DNA of 61,279 nt, the filler included. It is 5 parts of 5 records of this genome, joined end to end, with 100 filler letters (N's around TTAATTAATTAA, not from the genome) between each part and the next. Parts side by side here need not be neighbours in the genome. Positions count along the whole stretch, not along the records: positions 1 to 21,172 come from SRR31156797_5072; 4 more parts are not named here. One strand, 5' to 3'. Positions 8,669 to 17,898 of the stretch are shown here, piece by piece. Under the pieces are notes generated by a model, which did no database searches, was not told where the DNA came from, and was given only the letters and a program-made list of their open reading frames with translations. The translations under genes and the position numbers were made by a program. How positions within the stretch are numbered: position 1 is the first letter of the stretch; each line of letters opens with the position of its first letter.

Positions 8669-10849
8669 ATGGCCCATTCCTCCGGGATCTGGAAAAAGCG
8701 ACGCGTCAAAACCCCCACCATCCTTCAGATGGAGGCGACGGAGTGCGGTGCGGCCAGTCTTGCCATGGTTCTGGCCTATTACGGGCTTTACGTCCCTTTG
8801 GAGCAACTGCGCATTCAGTGCGGTGTATCCCGGGACGGGAGCAAGGCCAGCAACATCGTGAAAGCCGCCAAAAAGTACGGCATGACGGCCAAGGGTTTCA
8901 GAAAGGAACCCCAGGCCCTCAAAGACCTGCCGCTCCCCATGATCCTTTTCTGGAAATTCAATCATTTTCTCGTTCTTGAAGGTATCAAAGGGGATCACGC
9001 GTACCTCAACGATCCCGCAACCGGGCCGAAAAAAATTTCCGTCAAAGTGCTGGATACGGCCTTTACGGGGGTTGTGCTCACTTTCGAGCCGGAGGACGAT
9101 TTCAGAAAAGGGGGTCGGAAACCCAATGTCCTGGGATCCCTGAAACGAAGGTTTACGGGATGCGGAAAAGCCCTGGCCTATGTGGTGCTGGCAGGACTCT
9201 TTCTCATTGTACCGGGCCTGGTTTTTCCAGCTTATACCAAGGTCTTCCTGGACAATGTGCTCATCGACGGGTATACGTCCTGGCTCAGACCCCTTCTGTT
9301 GGCCATGGGAATCACGGCCGTTTTAAGTTTTGGTTTGACCTGGCTTCAGCGGTTTTTTCTCCTTCGATTTGAATTGCGCCTTTCCTTGAGCGGGTCGACC
9401 CGGTTTTTTCATCACATCCTGCGTCTTCCCATCCCCTATTTTTCTCAGCGCTTTGCAGGAGATCTGGCCACCCGGGTACATTTAAACGACAAGGTGGCCC
9501 AGCTTCTTTCGGGCCAGTTGGCCGTCACCGTGATTCATCTGATCACGGCAATCTTCTATGTGGCGCTCATGTTTCAGTACAGCATCCTTCTGACCTTCGT
9601 GGCCATGGGGTTCGCCCTGCTGAACCTGGTGGCGTTGAAAACGGCTTCCCATCGCAGAAAGAACGTGAACATGGCCCTTCAGCAGGATATGGGAAAGCTC
9701 ATGGGGCATACCATGACCGGTCTCCAGATGATCGAAACCTTGAAGGCAGGGGGAGCGGAAGCGGACTTTTTTACCCTATGGGCGGGCTACCAAAGCAAAG
9801 TGGTCAATTCGCAGCAAAGGCTGTCGGTTTCCACCCAGCTCCTCTCCGCCGTCCCCCCGACACTGCTCTCCCTGAACCACACCATCATGCTCTTTTTCGG
9901 AGCCGTACTCATTATGAACGGAGAGATGACCATCGGTACGCTCTTTGCGTTTCAGATCCTGATGATGGGCTTCATACAGCCCTTCAGCCGTTTTGTGGAC
10001 ATGGGAAGCCGGCTGCAGGAGATCCATGCGGACATCAACCGCCTGGATGACGTGACGGCCAACCCCCAAGATGAAACATTTGATGAACAACGGGCGGACC
10101 CGAAAACGCTGTCCCATGGATCCGTGAAACTGAACGGTCCCCTTGAACTGAAAAACATCACCTTCGGGTACAGCCCCCTGGAACCGCCGTTGATCAGGGA
10201 TTTCAACCTGACCTTGAATTCCGGCGCCCGAGTGGCGCTGGTGGGGGCCTCGGGATCGGGGAAATCCACGGTGGCAAAGCTGGCGGCCGGCCTCTACAAG
10301 CCCTGGGAGGGAGAAATCCTTCTGGACGGCCGACCCATGGCTTCCATTCCCAGGGAGGTCTTTGCCCACTCCGTGGCCATGGTGGACCAGGATATCTTCC
10401 TCTTTGAAGGGACCGTTCGTGAAAACCTGACCCTGTGGGACAGGACCCTTCCGGAAAAATCCCTGATCCGGGCGACCAGGGATGCCTGCATCCATGAGGA
10501 CATCGTTCTTCGTCCCGATGGATATGAGAGCGCCGTCGGTGAAGGGGGCGCCAATTTCAGCGGCGGACAGGCCCAGCGGTTGGAAATCGCCAGGGGATTG
10601 ACCGGCAATCCCGGCTTTTTGATCCTTGACGAAGCCACCAGTGCCCTGGATCCGGAAATCGAGGCACAAGTGGACACCCATTTAAGACGGCGGGGCCTCA
10701 GCTGTCTGATCATCGCCCACCGCCTGAGCACCATCCGGGATTGTGACGAGATTATTGTTCTGGACCGGGGAGTGGTGGTTCAGCGGGGCACACATCAGGA
10801 ACTAAACGCGCAAGTAGGGATTTATGCCGAGCTCATCAAATCACAGTGA
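8669..10849 (+). CDS. NHLP bacteriocin export ABC transporter with C39 peptidase, permease and ATPase domains
   Basis: TPTILQMEATECGAASL (catalytic Cys), GVSRDGS, FW.FNHF..DPA, Walker A GASGSGKS, signature FSGGQ. Confidence 0.95.
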   Translation: MAHSSGIWKKRRVKTPTILQMEATECGAASLAMVLAYYGLYVPLEQLRIQCGVSRDGSKASNIVKAAKKYGMTAKGFRKEPQALKDLPLPMILFWKFNHFLVLEGIKGDHAYLNDPATGPKKISVKVLDTAFTGVVLTFEPEDDFRKGGRKPNVLGSLKRRFTGCGKALAYVVLAGLFLIVPGLVFPAYTKVFLDNVLIDGYTSWLRPLLLAMGITAVLSFGLTWLQRFFLLRFELRLSLSGSTRFFHHILRLPIPYFSQRFAGDLATRVHLNDKVAQLLSGQLAVTVIHLITAIFYVALMFQYSILLTFVAMGFALLNLVALKTASHRRKNVNMALQQDMGKLMGHTMTGLQMIETLKAGGAEADFFTLWAGYQSKVVNSQQRLSVSTQLLSAVPPTLLSLNHTIMLFFGAVLIMNGEMTIGTLFAFQILMMGFIQPFSRFVDMGSRLQEIHADINRLDDVTANPQDETFDEQRADPKTLSHGSVKLNGPLELKNITFGYSPLEPPLIRDFNLTLNSGARVALVGASGSGKSTVAKLAAGLYKPWEGEILLDGRPMASIPREVFAHSVAMVDQDIFLFEGTVRENLTLWDRTLPEKSLIRATRDACIHEDIVLRPDGYESAVGEGGANFSGGQAQRLEIARGLTGNPGFLILDEATSALDPEIEAQVDTHLRRRGLSCLIIAHRLSTIRDCDEIIVLDRGVVVQRGTHQELNAQVGIYAELIKSQ

Positions 10850-13535
10850 CCAGGGATCCCGATCTTCGGCTGCCGCTTTTTCCGGTGGCGTGTCCGTTGC
10901 AGTGGCAGGAAACAGGCCCCTGTTGGCCCTGGACCCCCATTCCTTTTGGATCGTCAAAAGGGGGCAGGTGGACCTCTTTGTCGCCAGAATGGAAAACGGA
11001 AAAGTCAAAGGTCCACGCCACCATCTCTTTTGGATGGGAGAAGGAGATTATCTTTTCGGCATGGCCCTGAAAGAGTCAACCCATGAACTGGGCATCATGG
11101 CCTTGGGAAAGCCAGGGACGGAACTGATCCGTTATGACCGAGAGATCCTCGGCAAAGCATTGGCATCGGATTCGTCCGGAAAGACCATACTGCCTCACGT
11201 AGAGAGATGGATTGCCAGGTTGTCCCAGGTGGCAGGCGTTTCAAAGAGGGATGTTCCCGGCGGAGAAGCGTTTGACAGTGCGCTTGACGGATTTCACGAA
11301 ATCGTCATTCAGGGGGTTGCCGAGGAAGCGGAGAAGAAACAGATCAAGGATCGAGGCCGTTTTGATCAACGCATCCTTCAAGACCTGGCAGGACTGGAAA
11401 AGACCCTTTTCCATCTGGGCACCACCCTGTTTCGAAAACGGAAAACCGTTCTTGCACCGAGCAGGGCCGGCACATCCCTTTTTGCCTCCGCAATGGCGGT
11501 TGCCAAAGCCTCCGGCATAGAGACGGAAAGACTCTTAGATGCCGTGGCCGGGAAACAGAGGGACCTCACCCTGGACCATATTGCCAGGGCGGGCAATTTC
11601 TTTACCCGCCGGGTGGTGCTCACGCCGGGCTGGTCCGAAAAGGACAACGGTCCCCTCTTGGGCCGGTTGGAGGACGAAAACGGCGGGCGTTTTGTGGCCC
11701 TCATGCCGACCTCCCCCACGCGATATGCCCTTTACGATCCGGAAAAGGGAACCCGCACACCCATGACCAGGGCATTGGAGGAACATATCCGCGGGATAGC
11801 CCATACGTTCTATAGACCCTTTCCGTCTCAAACGCTTTCCATTCGCCATATCCTGCGATTCGTCCTTGCAGGGGTTCGGCGTGATCTGAGCATGATGGCC
11901 CTGGCGGGAGTGGGCGGGGCCCTCCTGGCCCTGTTGATTCCCATCATGACGGGGGTGATCATCGACGCGGTGATTCCCGAAGCCAACCGGGGCGAGCTGT
12001 TGCAGATCGCCCTGATCCTGGTGGTGAGCGTTTTCGCCGCGTTCATGTTCCAGATAACCCGGGTCATTGCCGTGGTCCGTATGGAAGGGCGGATGGGAGC
12101 GGGGTTGCAGGCGGCGGTCCTGGACCGTTTGCTGAACCTGCCGACCCCTTTTTTCCGCAAGTTCACCGCGGGTGATCTGGCCACCCGGGCCATGGGCGTC
12201 AACCATATTCGTCAGATCCTTTCGGGCGCCACCCTCACCACGGCCATGACGAGCATCTTCTCTTCCTTCAACCTCATCGTCATGTTTGTCTATGACTGGC
12301 ATCTCGCCCTTCTGGGCTTGGGCATAATCCTGATCACCCTTTTCATTTCAGGGTTTTTAGGCATTTCCATGGTCCGGTATCAAAGAGAGGTATTCAATAT
12401 CCAGGGGAAAAACGCAGGGATCGTTCTGCAGTTTCTTACGGGGATTGCCAAGCTCCGCATGACCGGAACGGAAGATCGGGCTTTCGGGGTGTGGGCGGAA
12501 AATTTTTCCAGGAAAAAAATCATCGATTTTAAATCCGGAAAACTGAACGCCGCTCTGGACACGGCCGTTTCTTTTATCCCAATGGTATCCACCATGTTGA
12601 TTTTCTGGTTTTTCTTAAAGTCCCGTATGTCGGGAATGAGCACCGGTCATTTTTTGGCCTTCAATGCCGCATTCGTAAGCTTTCAGACGGCATTGGTCCA
12701 GACAACGTTGGTTTTTTCCACCCTTCTCCACATCATTCCCCTGTGGGAGCGGTCAAAACCGATCCTTGGAACCGTCCCGGAGGTGGCTGAGGTCAAGACG
12801 GCCATCTCCGATTTCAGCGGCCGTGTGGCGGTGGACCATGTGACCTTTCGGTACCACCGGGACGGACCGGAGGTGCTCCGGGATGTGAGTCTTGAAATCG
12901 CACCCGGTGAATTCGTTGCGGTGGTGGGAAGTTCCGGTTCAGGAAAATCAACGCTTTTAAGGCTCCTTTTGGGGTTTGAAAAGCCGGAATCGGGGGTCGT
13001 TACCTATGACCGGCATGACCTGGCGCATCTGGACGTGAAGAGCGTTCGAAGACAGCTGGGCGTGGTCCTTCAGAACGGACGGGTCATGCCCGGAAGCATC
13101 CTCAAAAACATCACGGGCGCCGCCGACCTCTCCCTGGAAGATGCGTGGGAAGCGGCCCGCATGGTGGGGCTGGAGGAGGATATCAAGGCCATGCCCATGG
13201 GGATGCATACGCTCGTTCCGGCGGGAGGCGGCACCCTATCCGGCGGACAGCGCCAACGGCTCATTATTGCCAGGGCCATTGTAAAACGGCCCCGCATCCT
13301 CCTTTTTGATGAGGCCACCAGCGCCCTGGACAACCTCACCCAGGGGATTGTCATGGAAAGCCTCGAAAAACTGAAGGTCACGCGGCTGGTGATTGCGCAC
13401 CGGCTCAGCACCATCACCAACGCGGACCGGATCTATGTATTGGAACAGGGCAAAATCGTGGAGTCGGGAGCCTACGATCAACTGATGAAAGCAAACGGTT
13501 TCTTCCACCGGCTTGCCGTACGGCAGATTGCGTAA
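10824..13535 (+). CDS. NHLP bacteriocin export ABC transporter permease/ATPase (second subunit)
   Basis: N-terminal cNMP-like region, W..KDNGPLL motif, TM domain, GSSGSGKS, LSGGQ. Usual partner of the C39-ABC. Confidence 0.92.
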   Translation: MPSSSNHSDQGSRSSAAAFSGGVSVAVAGNRPLLALDPHSFWIVKRGQVDLFVARMENGKVKGPRHHLFWMGEGDYLFGMALKESTHELGIMALGKPGTELIRYDREILGKALASDSSGKTILPHVERWIARLSQVAGVSKRDVPGGEAFDSALDGFHEIVIQGVAEEAEKKQIKDRGRFDQRILQDLAGLEKTLFHLGTTLFRKRKTVLAPSRAGTSLFASAMAVAKASGIETERLLDAVAGKQRDLTLDHIARAGNFFTRRVVLTPGWSEKDNGPLLGRLEDENGGRFVALMPTSPTRYALYDPEKGTRTPMTRALEEHIRGIAHTFYRPFPSQTLSIRHILRFVLAGVRRDLSMMALAGVGGALLALLIPIMTGVIIDAVIPEANRGELLQIALILVVSVFAAFMFQITRVIAVVRMEGRMGAGLQAAVLDRLLNLPTPFFRKFTAGDLATRAMGVNHIRQILSGATLTTAMTSIFSSFNLIVMFVYDWHLALLGLGIILITLFISGFLGISMVRYQREVFNIQGKNAGIVLQFLTGIAKLRMTGTEDRAFGVWAENFSRKKIIDFKSGKLNAALDTAVSFIPMVSTMLIFWFFLKSRMSGMSTGHFLAFNAAFVSFQTALVQTTLVFSTLLHIIPLWERSKPILGTVPEVAEVKTAISDFSGRVAVDHVTFRYHRDGPEVLRDVSLEIAPGEFVAVVGSSGSGKSTLLRLLLGFEKPESGVVTYDRHDLAHLDVKSVRRQLGVVLQNGRVMPGSILKNITGAADLSLEDAWEAARMVGLEEDIKAMPMGMHTLVPAGGGTLSGGQRQRLIIARAIVKRPRILLFDEATSALDNLTQGIVMESLEKLKVTRLVIAHRLSTITNADRIYVLEQGKIVESGAYDQLMKANGFFHRLAVRQIA

Positions 13536-13551
13536 GAGTGAGGGCCACAGC

Positions 13552-14763
13552 ATGAAAATCAAGTTCATCCTTCCGATGGTTCTGTTCCTTTTGCCGGCTT
13601 CCTGCATTGTGCCGGAAAACCCGGCCGGGGAGCGGACGGAACGGGCGAAACAGGCCCATGGGGATATCTTTGTGGGCGCTGTTGCACCCTGGTCCGCCAT
13701 TGACGTCCTCTTGTGGGAAGGGATCGCCATGGCCGTCCATGAAATCAACCATTCGGGCGGGGTTTTGGGCCGGAAGATCCGGGTTCTCAAGCGGGACGAT
13801 GAAAGCAGCATCAAAAAAGGGATCCTGATCGCTCAGGAATTGGGAGAGAACCCTGATATCGTGGCGGTTATGGGACATTATGAATCGTTCATCACCCTGC
13901 CGGCTTCCGTGGTCTACCAGTATTACGGCCTCCTGATGCTCTCAACCGTCGATACCAACCCCGATCTCACGCGGCAAGGCTTTCCCCTGGTCTTTCGCAC
14001 CGTGCCCAACGACGTCGAATACGGCAGGAGACTGGCCGATTTCTGCCGCCAAAAAGGATTCCATCGGTTGCTGGTGATGCTTGAGCGGAGCGAATACGGC
14101 AGGGATTTTTCAGACGCCTTTGCCACGGTGGCCCAGAGCGCGGCCCTTCATATCCTGGACGGCGCCTCCTACGACCGGATGACCGGAGACAAGGAACTTG
14201 GAAGGATTCTTGAGCGGTGGAAGGAGCGCTATTCATTTGATGCGATCCTGCTCTCCGGCGATCTCCCCCAGTCCGCCGCCATCATCCGGGAAGCCCGGCT
14301 GATCGGGATCGAGCAGCCGATTATCGGCGGCATCGCCATGGACCAAAAAAGGCTTCTTTCCCTGGTGGGGAAAGAGACCAAAGACGTGTTTCTCCCCACC
14401 AACTTTTATCCCCATTCAACCTCCCCTGAAGTGGAGCGGTTTGTGAAGCACTTTCAAAAACGGTACGGCCGTATGCCCGATGTTCTGGCGGCCCAGGGGT
14501 ACGATACGGTTCACGCCCTGGCGTACGCCGTCAAAGAGGCGGGAACCACGGCCCCCCATGAAATGGCGCATGCCCTCCGGGCTGCGGACGACCTGCGGGG
14601 CGTCACCGGAAACATGCGGTTTTCAAGGGAGGGAGACCGCATCATGGACAGAATTTTCATCAAAATGGTGGAGGACGGGGAATTCAAGTTCCTAAATCCC
14701 GCATCGGAGGGTGGTGGGATGATGTCGGAGAACTCTTGTGAACAGTCAGAAGTCGGCGGATAG
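13552..14763 (+). CDS. LivJ/branched-chain-amino-acid-type periplasmic solute-binding lipoprotein
   Basis: Lipobox LPASC, AVHEINHSGGVLGRKI, AAQGYD and GVTGNMRF motifs. Starts 16 bp after the ABC stop. Confidence 0.88.
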   Translation: MKIKFILPMVLFLLPASCIVPENPAGERTERAKQAHGDIFVGAVAPWSAIDVLLWEGIAMAVHEINHSGGVLGRKIRVLKRDDESSIKKGILIAQELGENPDIVAVMGHYESFITLPASVVYQYYGLLMLSTVDTNPDLTRQGFPLVFRTVPNDVEYGRRLADFCRQKGFHRLLVMLERSEYGRDFSDAFATVAQSAALHILDGASYDRMTGDKELGRILERWKERYSFDAILLSGDLPQSAAIIREARLIGIEQPIIGGIAMDQKRLLSLVGKETKDVFLPTNFYPHSTSPEVERFVKHFQKRYGRMPDVLAAQGYDTVHALAYAVKEAGTTAPHEMAHALRAADDLRGVTGNMRFSREGDRIMDRIFIKMVEDGEFKFLNPASEGGGMMSENSCEQSEVGG

Positions 14764-14794
14764 GTGGTTCGGAGCGTTATGGGAACGTGGGAAC

Positions 14795-14891
14795 GGGGAC
14801 GTTCTTGACTTATTAACTTTAGTGATATGAATGGGGGAAACAGAATCAAAAGCAAATCCTTACGTAAAGTTTATAAGTTAACAGCGTCCCC
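14795..14891. repeat. ~97-bp REP/MITE-like element with terminal inverted repeats, copy 1
   Basis: GGGGACGTTCTTGACTTAT ... ATAAGTTAACAGCGTCCCC (16/19 inverted match). Second copy at 17627-17718. Confidence 0.75.
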
Positions 14892-15023
14892 ATTTCCACG
14901 CATGTGGGTGTGGGCAACATGGAGCGCCTTTCCATAAAAAGGTAAAACGCTTTAAAAGGGTCGATTATGATGCTTCGGCCTTCCTTTTTCATCCGGGGAT
15001 CTGTTTGGCTTACGGTTGGAACC

Positions 15024-15200
15024 TGGCTCCCGACAGACCAATTGTGTCCATCAGGAGCGGCGAATATGCAATTTGAGGGCCTTGATCATCTGAAACCTCC
15101 TGAATAGAGGTGAAGGTTAGGTGAGAATACCGAAGAATCTTCAATAAGACGACAAAAAGCGCCTTGTGTCAAGGAAAAAATGGGCGTTCACAACGGTTCC
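15024..15200 (-). repeat. duplicated promoter + micro-ORF + hairpin module, copy 1
   Basis: Aligns with 20709-20884. Minus strand has TTGACA (15167-15172), AGGAGG (15096-15101), a micro-ORF and a 13-bp stem (15026-15058). Confidence 0.85.
15051..15089 (-). CDS. 12-aa micro-ORF MIKALKLHIRRS, copy 1
   Basis: AGGAGG 6 nt upstream of ATG. The identical peptide is encoded at 20736-20774 with four synonymous differences. Confidence 0.7.
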   Translation of the reverse strand: MIKALKLHIRRS

Positions 15201-15275
15201 ACGGTCCATGGTTGTAGGTCGAAAAAATCTGCAATCTTAGTGCGTTAGGAATTTCAGAAACAGCATACTTAGTTA

Positions 15276-15304
15276 TTGACATTTCACGAAACGCTTGTCA
15301 TCAT
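15276..15304 (+). promoter_or_regulatory. possible sigma70 promoter for the precursor/radical SAM pair
   Basis: TTGACA-N17-CATCAT, with a TGACA..TGTCA inverted repeat across it. Confidence 0.35.
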
Positions 15305-15490
15305 TTCCGGATGGCACGGATGTCATTGACCGGGAAATAGCCGTATTGAAAAAGCACGATCGCACAGGCCGGCCTTCTGGTTGGGCCGGCAGCCTAAACT
15401 CAAAGACCCGGACCCAAAAAGACAGATAAGCAAAGTGTCCCTGGAATTTCTCATGAAATATAATTATTTCTATAAAACTGGAGGGTTGTT

Positions 15491-15961
15491 ATGGATGATC
15501 AATCTGAAAAAATACTAGGAGCCGTAAAAGAGGTGCTGAAAAAATCGCTTTCCAATGAGAAAATCCGTGAGATGTGTTTAAATTCTCCCCTGGCGGTCGT
15601 TCTTGACTGCATGGATACGAAGATTCCAGAGGATTTCACCATCCGATTTGTTGAGGACATGGATGATGCGGTCAAAGAAATGTTTGTTGAAAGCAGCCTT
15701 GATATGAAAGAGACGGGGGATGCATTTAAACAGATTCTAACCATTGCATCAATTGATCGAAAATTTCGAAGACAATGCCTGGAAGACCCTGAACTTGTGC
15801 TGGGAAAATCCATTAAAACAGATTTGCCTGACGACATGGCGGCAAAGTTCAAGGAAAAAATTCGGGAAAATATCTTTCAGCTTCCGCCCGGATATGATCG
15901 GGAACTCAATGAAGAAGAGCTGGAAAAGGTGGCCGGCGGAACCGATAATCCCTGCAATTAA
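15491..15961 (+). CDS. NHLP-leader family RiPP precursor with a tandem duplicated leader and 6-aa core (TDNPCN)
   Basis: Two leader-like repeats (AVKEVLKKSLSNEKIREMCLNSP.. / AFKQILTIASIDRKFRRQCLEDP..), then LPP..ELNEEELEKVAGG double-glycine site. GGAGG RBS. Confidence 0.85.
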   Translation: MDDQSEKILGAVKEVLKKSLSNEKIREMCLNSPLAVVLDCMDTKIPEDFTIRFVEDMDDAVKEMFVESSLDMKETGDAFKQILTIASIDRKFRRQCLEDPELVLGKSIKTDLPDDMAAKFKEKIRENIFQLPPGYDRELNEEELEKVAGGTDNPCN

Positions 15962-15987
15962 GATGGTTTGAGTTAAGGGATTTCCCC

Positions 15988-17640
15988 ATGAACGTCATAT
16001 TTGTAAACTCGATCCATTATAATGAGATTATCCGATATCCCATTGGCACCATACCACTGGGGACCTTGACATTAGCCACTATCTTAAAAAAGCGAAACCA
16101 TGATGTTAAGATTATTGACTTCAATTATCTGGTAAATGAAAAAAAAATAACGCTCGGCCGGGATGCTCCGGACACCCTCCGCCGGTTCGGCGAGCATATC
16201 CTTAAACAACGGCCGGAAATGATTTGTTTCTACACGGTAGCGCTCTCTTATCATAATACGGTGCTCGTAGCCAGGCACATCAAAGAAAGAAGCCCGCAAA
16301 TCCCCATAATCTTCGGCGGACCACATGCCTCACATACTCCCTATGAATCAATGAAAGCCTTTCCATGGATAGATGTCATTGCCGTCGGGGAGGCGGACCA
16401 TGTCATTGAAAGGATTGTCGGGGCATTTTCCGGCAATGAAAATATGAGAAATATCCCGGGGATTCTTTACAGAGAAGATAGTGACATCCGGCAAACGAAA
16501 CCCGCGGAAGACATATGCAACCTGAGTGATCTCCCGGAACCGGATTATTCGTTAACCCCTTTTTTCAAAATGCTCCCATTTATCTCAATTGATCCTGGAA
16601 GAAGCTGCCCGTTTCGTTGTAAATACTGCTCTACCAGCACCTTCTGGAAAAACAGTTTTCGTCTGAAAAGCATTGGGAAGATCCTGGAAGAAATTAAATA
16701 TTTCCATTTTACGTATCAAATAAAAAACTTCTATTTGACGCACGACATTTTTACCTATAACAGGGAGAGACTCCTTGAGTTTTGTGAAAAAATTTTGGAG
16801 GAAGGTCTTGATATCCGGTGGTCTTGCAGCTCCAGGGCCGATACGCTGGATGAGGAAATGATCGTAATGATGAAGAAATCCGGCTGTAAGGCGATTTCAC
16901 TGGGTATTGACAGCGGTTCTCCACGCATTCAGAAGGTCATCAATAAAAACCTGAATCCGGGCCATGCGTTGGATGCGATAAAGATATTGTGCAAATACCG
17001 GATGGATGTCAAAATCAATTTCATGGTCGGTTTTCCGGAAGAAACAGAAGAAGATGTCCTGTTGACATTGAAAATGATGAGGGCCTGTATTGAATCAGGG
17101 GTAAAGAACATATCCTATAAACCGTTAATGATACTTGCCGGTACAAAATATTACGATGAATATAAAGCGCATCTGGTCCTGGATGGTTTTCGATCTTACT
17201 ACAATGACGTATATGATTATAAATACTGCGTGGACATGATAAAAAAATACCCGAAGATATTTTCGCATTTTTACAATATTAAAATTCCGTTACGGCAAGG
17301 TTTGAACCATTTTGCGCTTTTCATTAAACTATATTATATTTACCTGCACCGTGTCCTTCAGCTGACGTATGAATATATTTTGGCCTATTATGAAGATAAT
17401 TTTATAAAAATCTTTTATGATTTCAGAAAGGCCAACGAAAATTTCCATGAGGACGTCATACAATACAGACGGAAGTCTATGCGAAAACAAATTACGGATG
17501 GGGTATTTTTTGATTTGTTGATAACGCAATTCAAACGCTATTTGTTTTCAACAAAATTTGGAGAAATGACAAGCCTTATCCGTTTCTATTTTCAAGTGGA
17601 ATCCGGAGGGGTTGAAAGGGGAGAGCGGGGACGTTCTTAA
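15988..17640 (+). CDS. B12-binding domain radical SAM protein (class B methyltransferase-like)
   Basis: N-terminal cobalamin domain (PLGTLTLA, IIFGGPHAS, GEAD), CPFRCKYC motif, GIDSGSPRIQ. AT-richer than the transport genes. Confidence 0.92.
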   Translation: MNVIFVNSIHYNEIIRYPIGTIPLGTLTLATILKKRNHDVKIIDFNYLVNEKKITLGRDAPDTLRRFGEHILKQRPEMICFYTVALSYHNTVLVARHIKERSPQIPIIFGGPHASHTPYESMKAFPWIDVIAVGEADHVIERIVGAFSGNENMRNIPGILYREDSDIRQTKPAEDICNLSDLPEPDYSLTPFFKMLPFISIDPGRSCPFRCKYCSTSTFWKNSFRLKSIGKILEEIKYFHFTYQIKNFYLTHDIFTYNRERLLEFCEKILEEGLDIRWSCSSRADTLDEEMIVMMKKSGCKAISLGIDSGSPRIQKVINKNLNPGHALDAIKILCKYRMDVKINFMVGFPEETEEDVLLTLKMMRACIESGVKNISYKPLMILAGTKYYDEYKAHLVLDGFRSYYNDVYDYKYCVDMIKKYPKIFSHFYNIKIPLRQGLNHFALFIKLYYIYLHRVLQLTYEYILAYYEDNFIKIFYDFRKANENFHEDVIQYRRKSMRKQITDGVFFDLLITQFKRYLFSTKFGEMTSLIRFYFQVESGGVERGERGRS

Positions 17641-17718
17641 CTTATTAACTTAAGTCATATGAATGGGGGAAACAGTATCAAAGGCAATTGATCGCGTCAA
17701 ATTTTAAGTTAACAGCGT
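17627..17718. repeat. REP/MITE-like element, copy 2 (right end clipped), supplying the radical SAM stop codon
   Basis: GGGGACGTTCTTAACTTATTAACT..ATGAATGGGGGAAACAG..TAAGTTAACAGCGT aligns with 14795-14891. Confidence 0.75.
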
Positions 17719-17738
17719 TATTCCTGGGTGGACGGTCG

Positions 17739-17861
17739 GCGGACAACCTGCGGGGCGCCACCGGAAACATGCGGTTTTCAAGGGATGGAGACCGCATCAT
17801 GGACAAGATTTTCATCAAGATGGTGGAGGAGGGGCAATTCAAGTACCTTAATCCCGGATAA
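17739..17861 (+). pseudogene. 3' fragment of a paralog of the solute-binding lipoprotein
   Basis: Encodes ADNLRGATGNMRFSRDGDRIMDKIFIKMVEEGQFKYLNPG*, nearly identical to 14584-14701. Confidence 0.85.
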
Positions 17862-17898
17862 GAATTAACAACTTCACCCTTGTCCACAGGGCTTGTCA

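Noticed and set aside
14741-14785. Possible half attC site (AGGTGGTTCGGAGCGTTATGG) after the SBP gene
   Set aside because: Only an R'-like end is present, with no convincing complementary left arm.
15026-15058. TGA plus hairpin read as selenocysteine/SECIS
   Set aside because: The paralogous copy has TAA at the same codon, and the stem overlaps the stop rather than following it.
15312-15330. sigma54 promoter TGGCACG upstream of the precursor
   Set aside because: No TTGC at the required -12 spacing.
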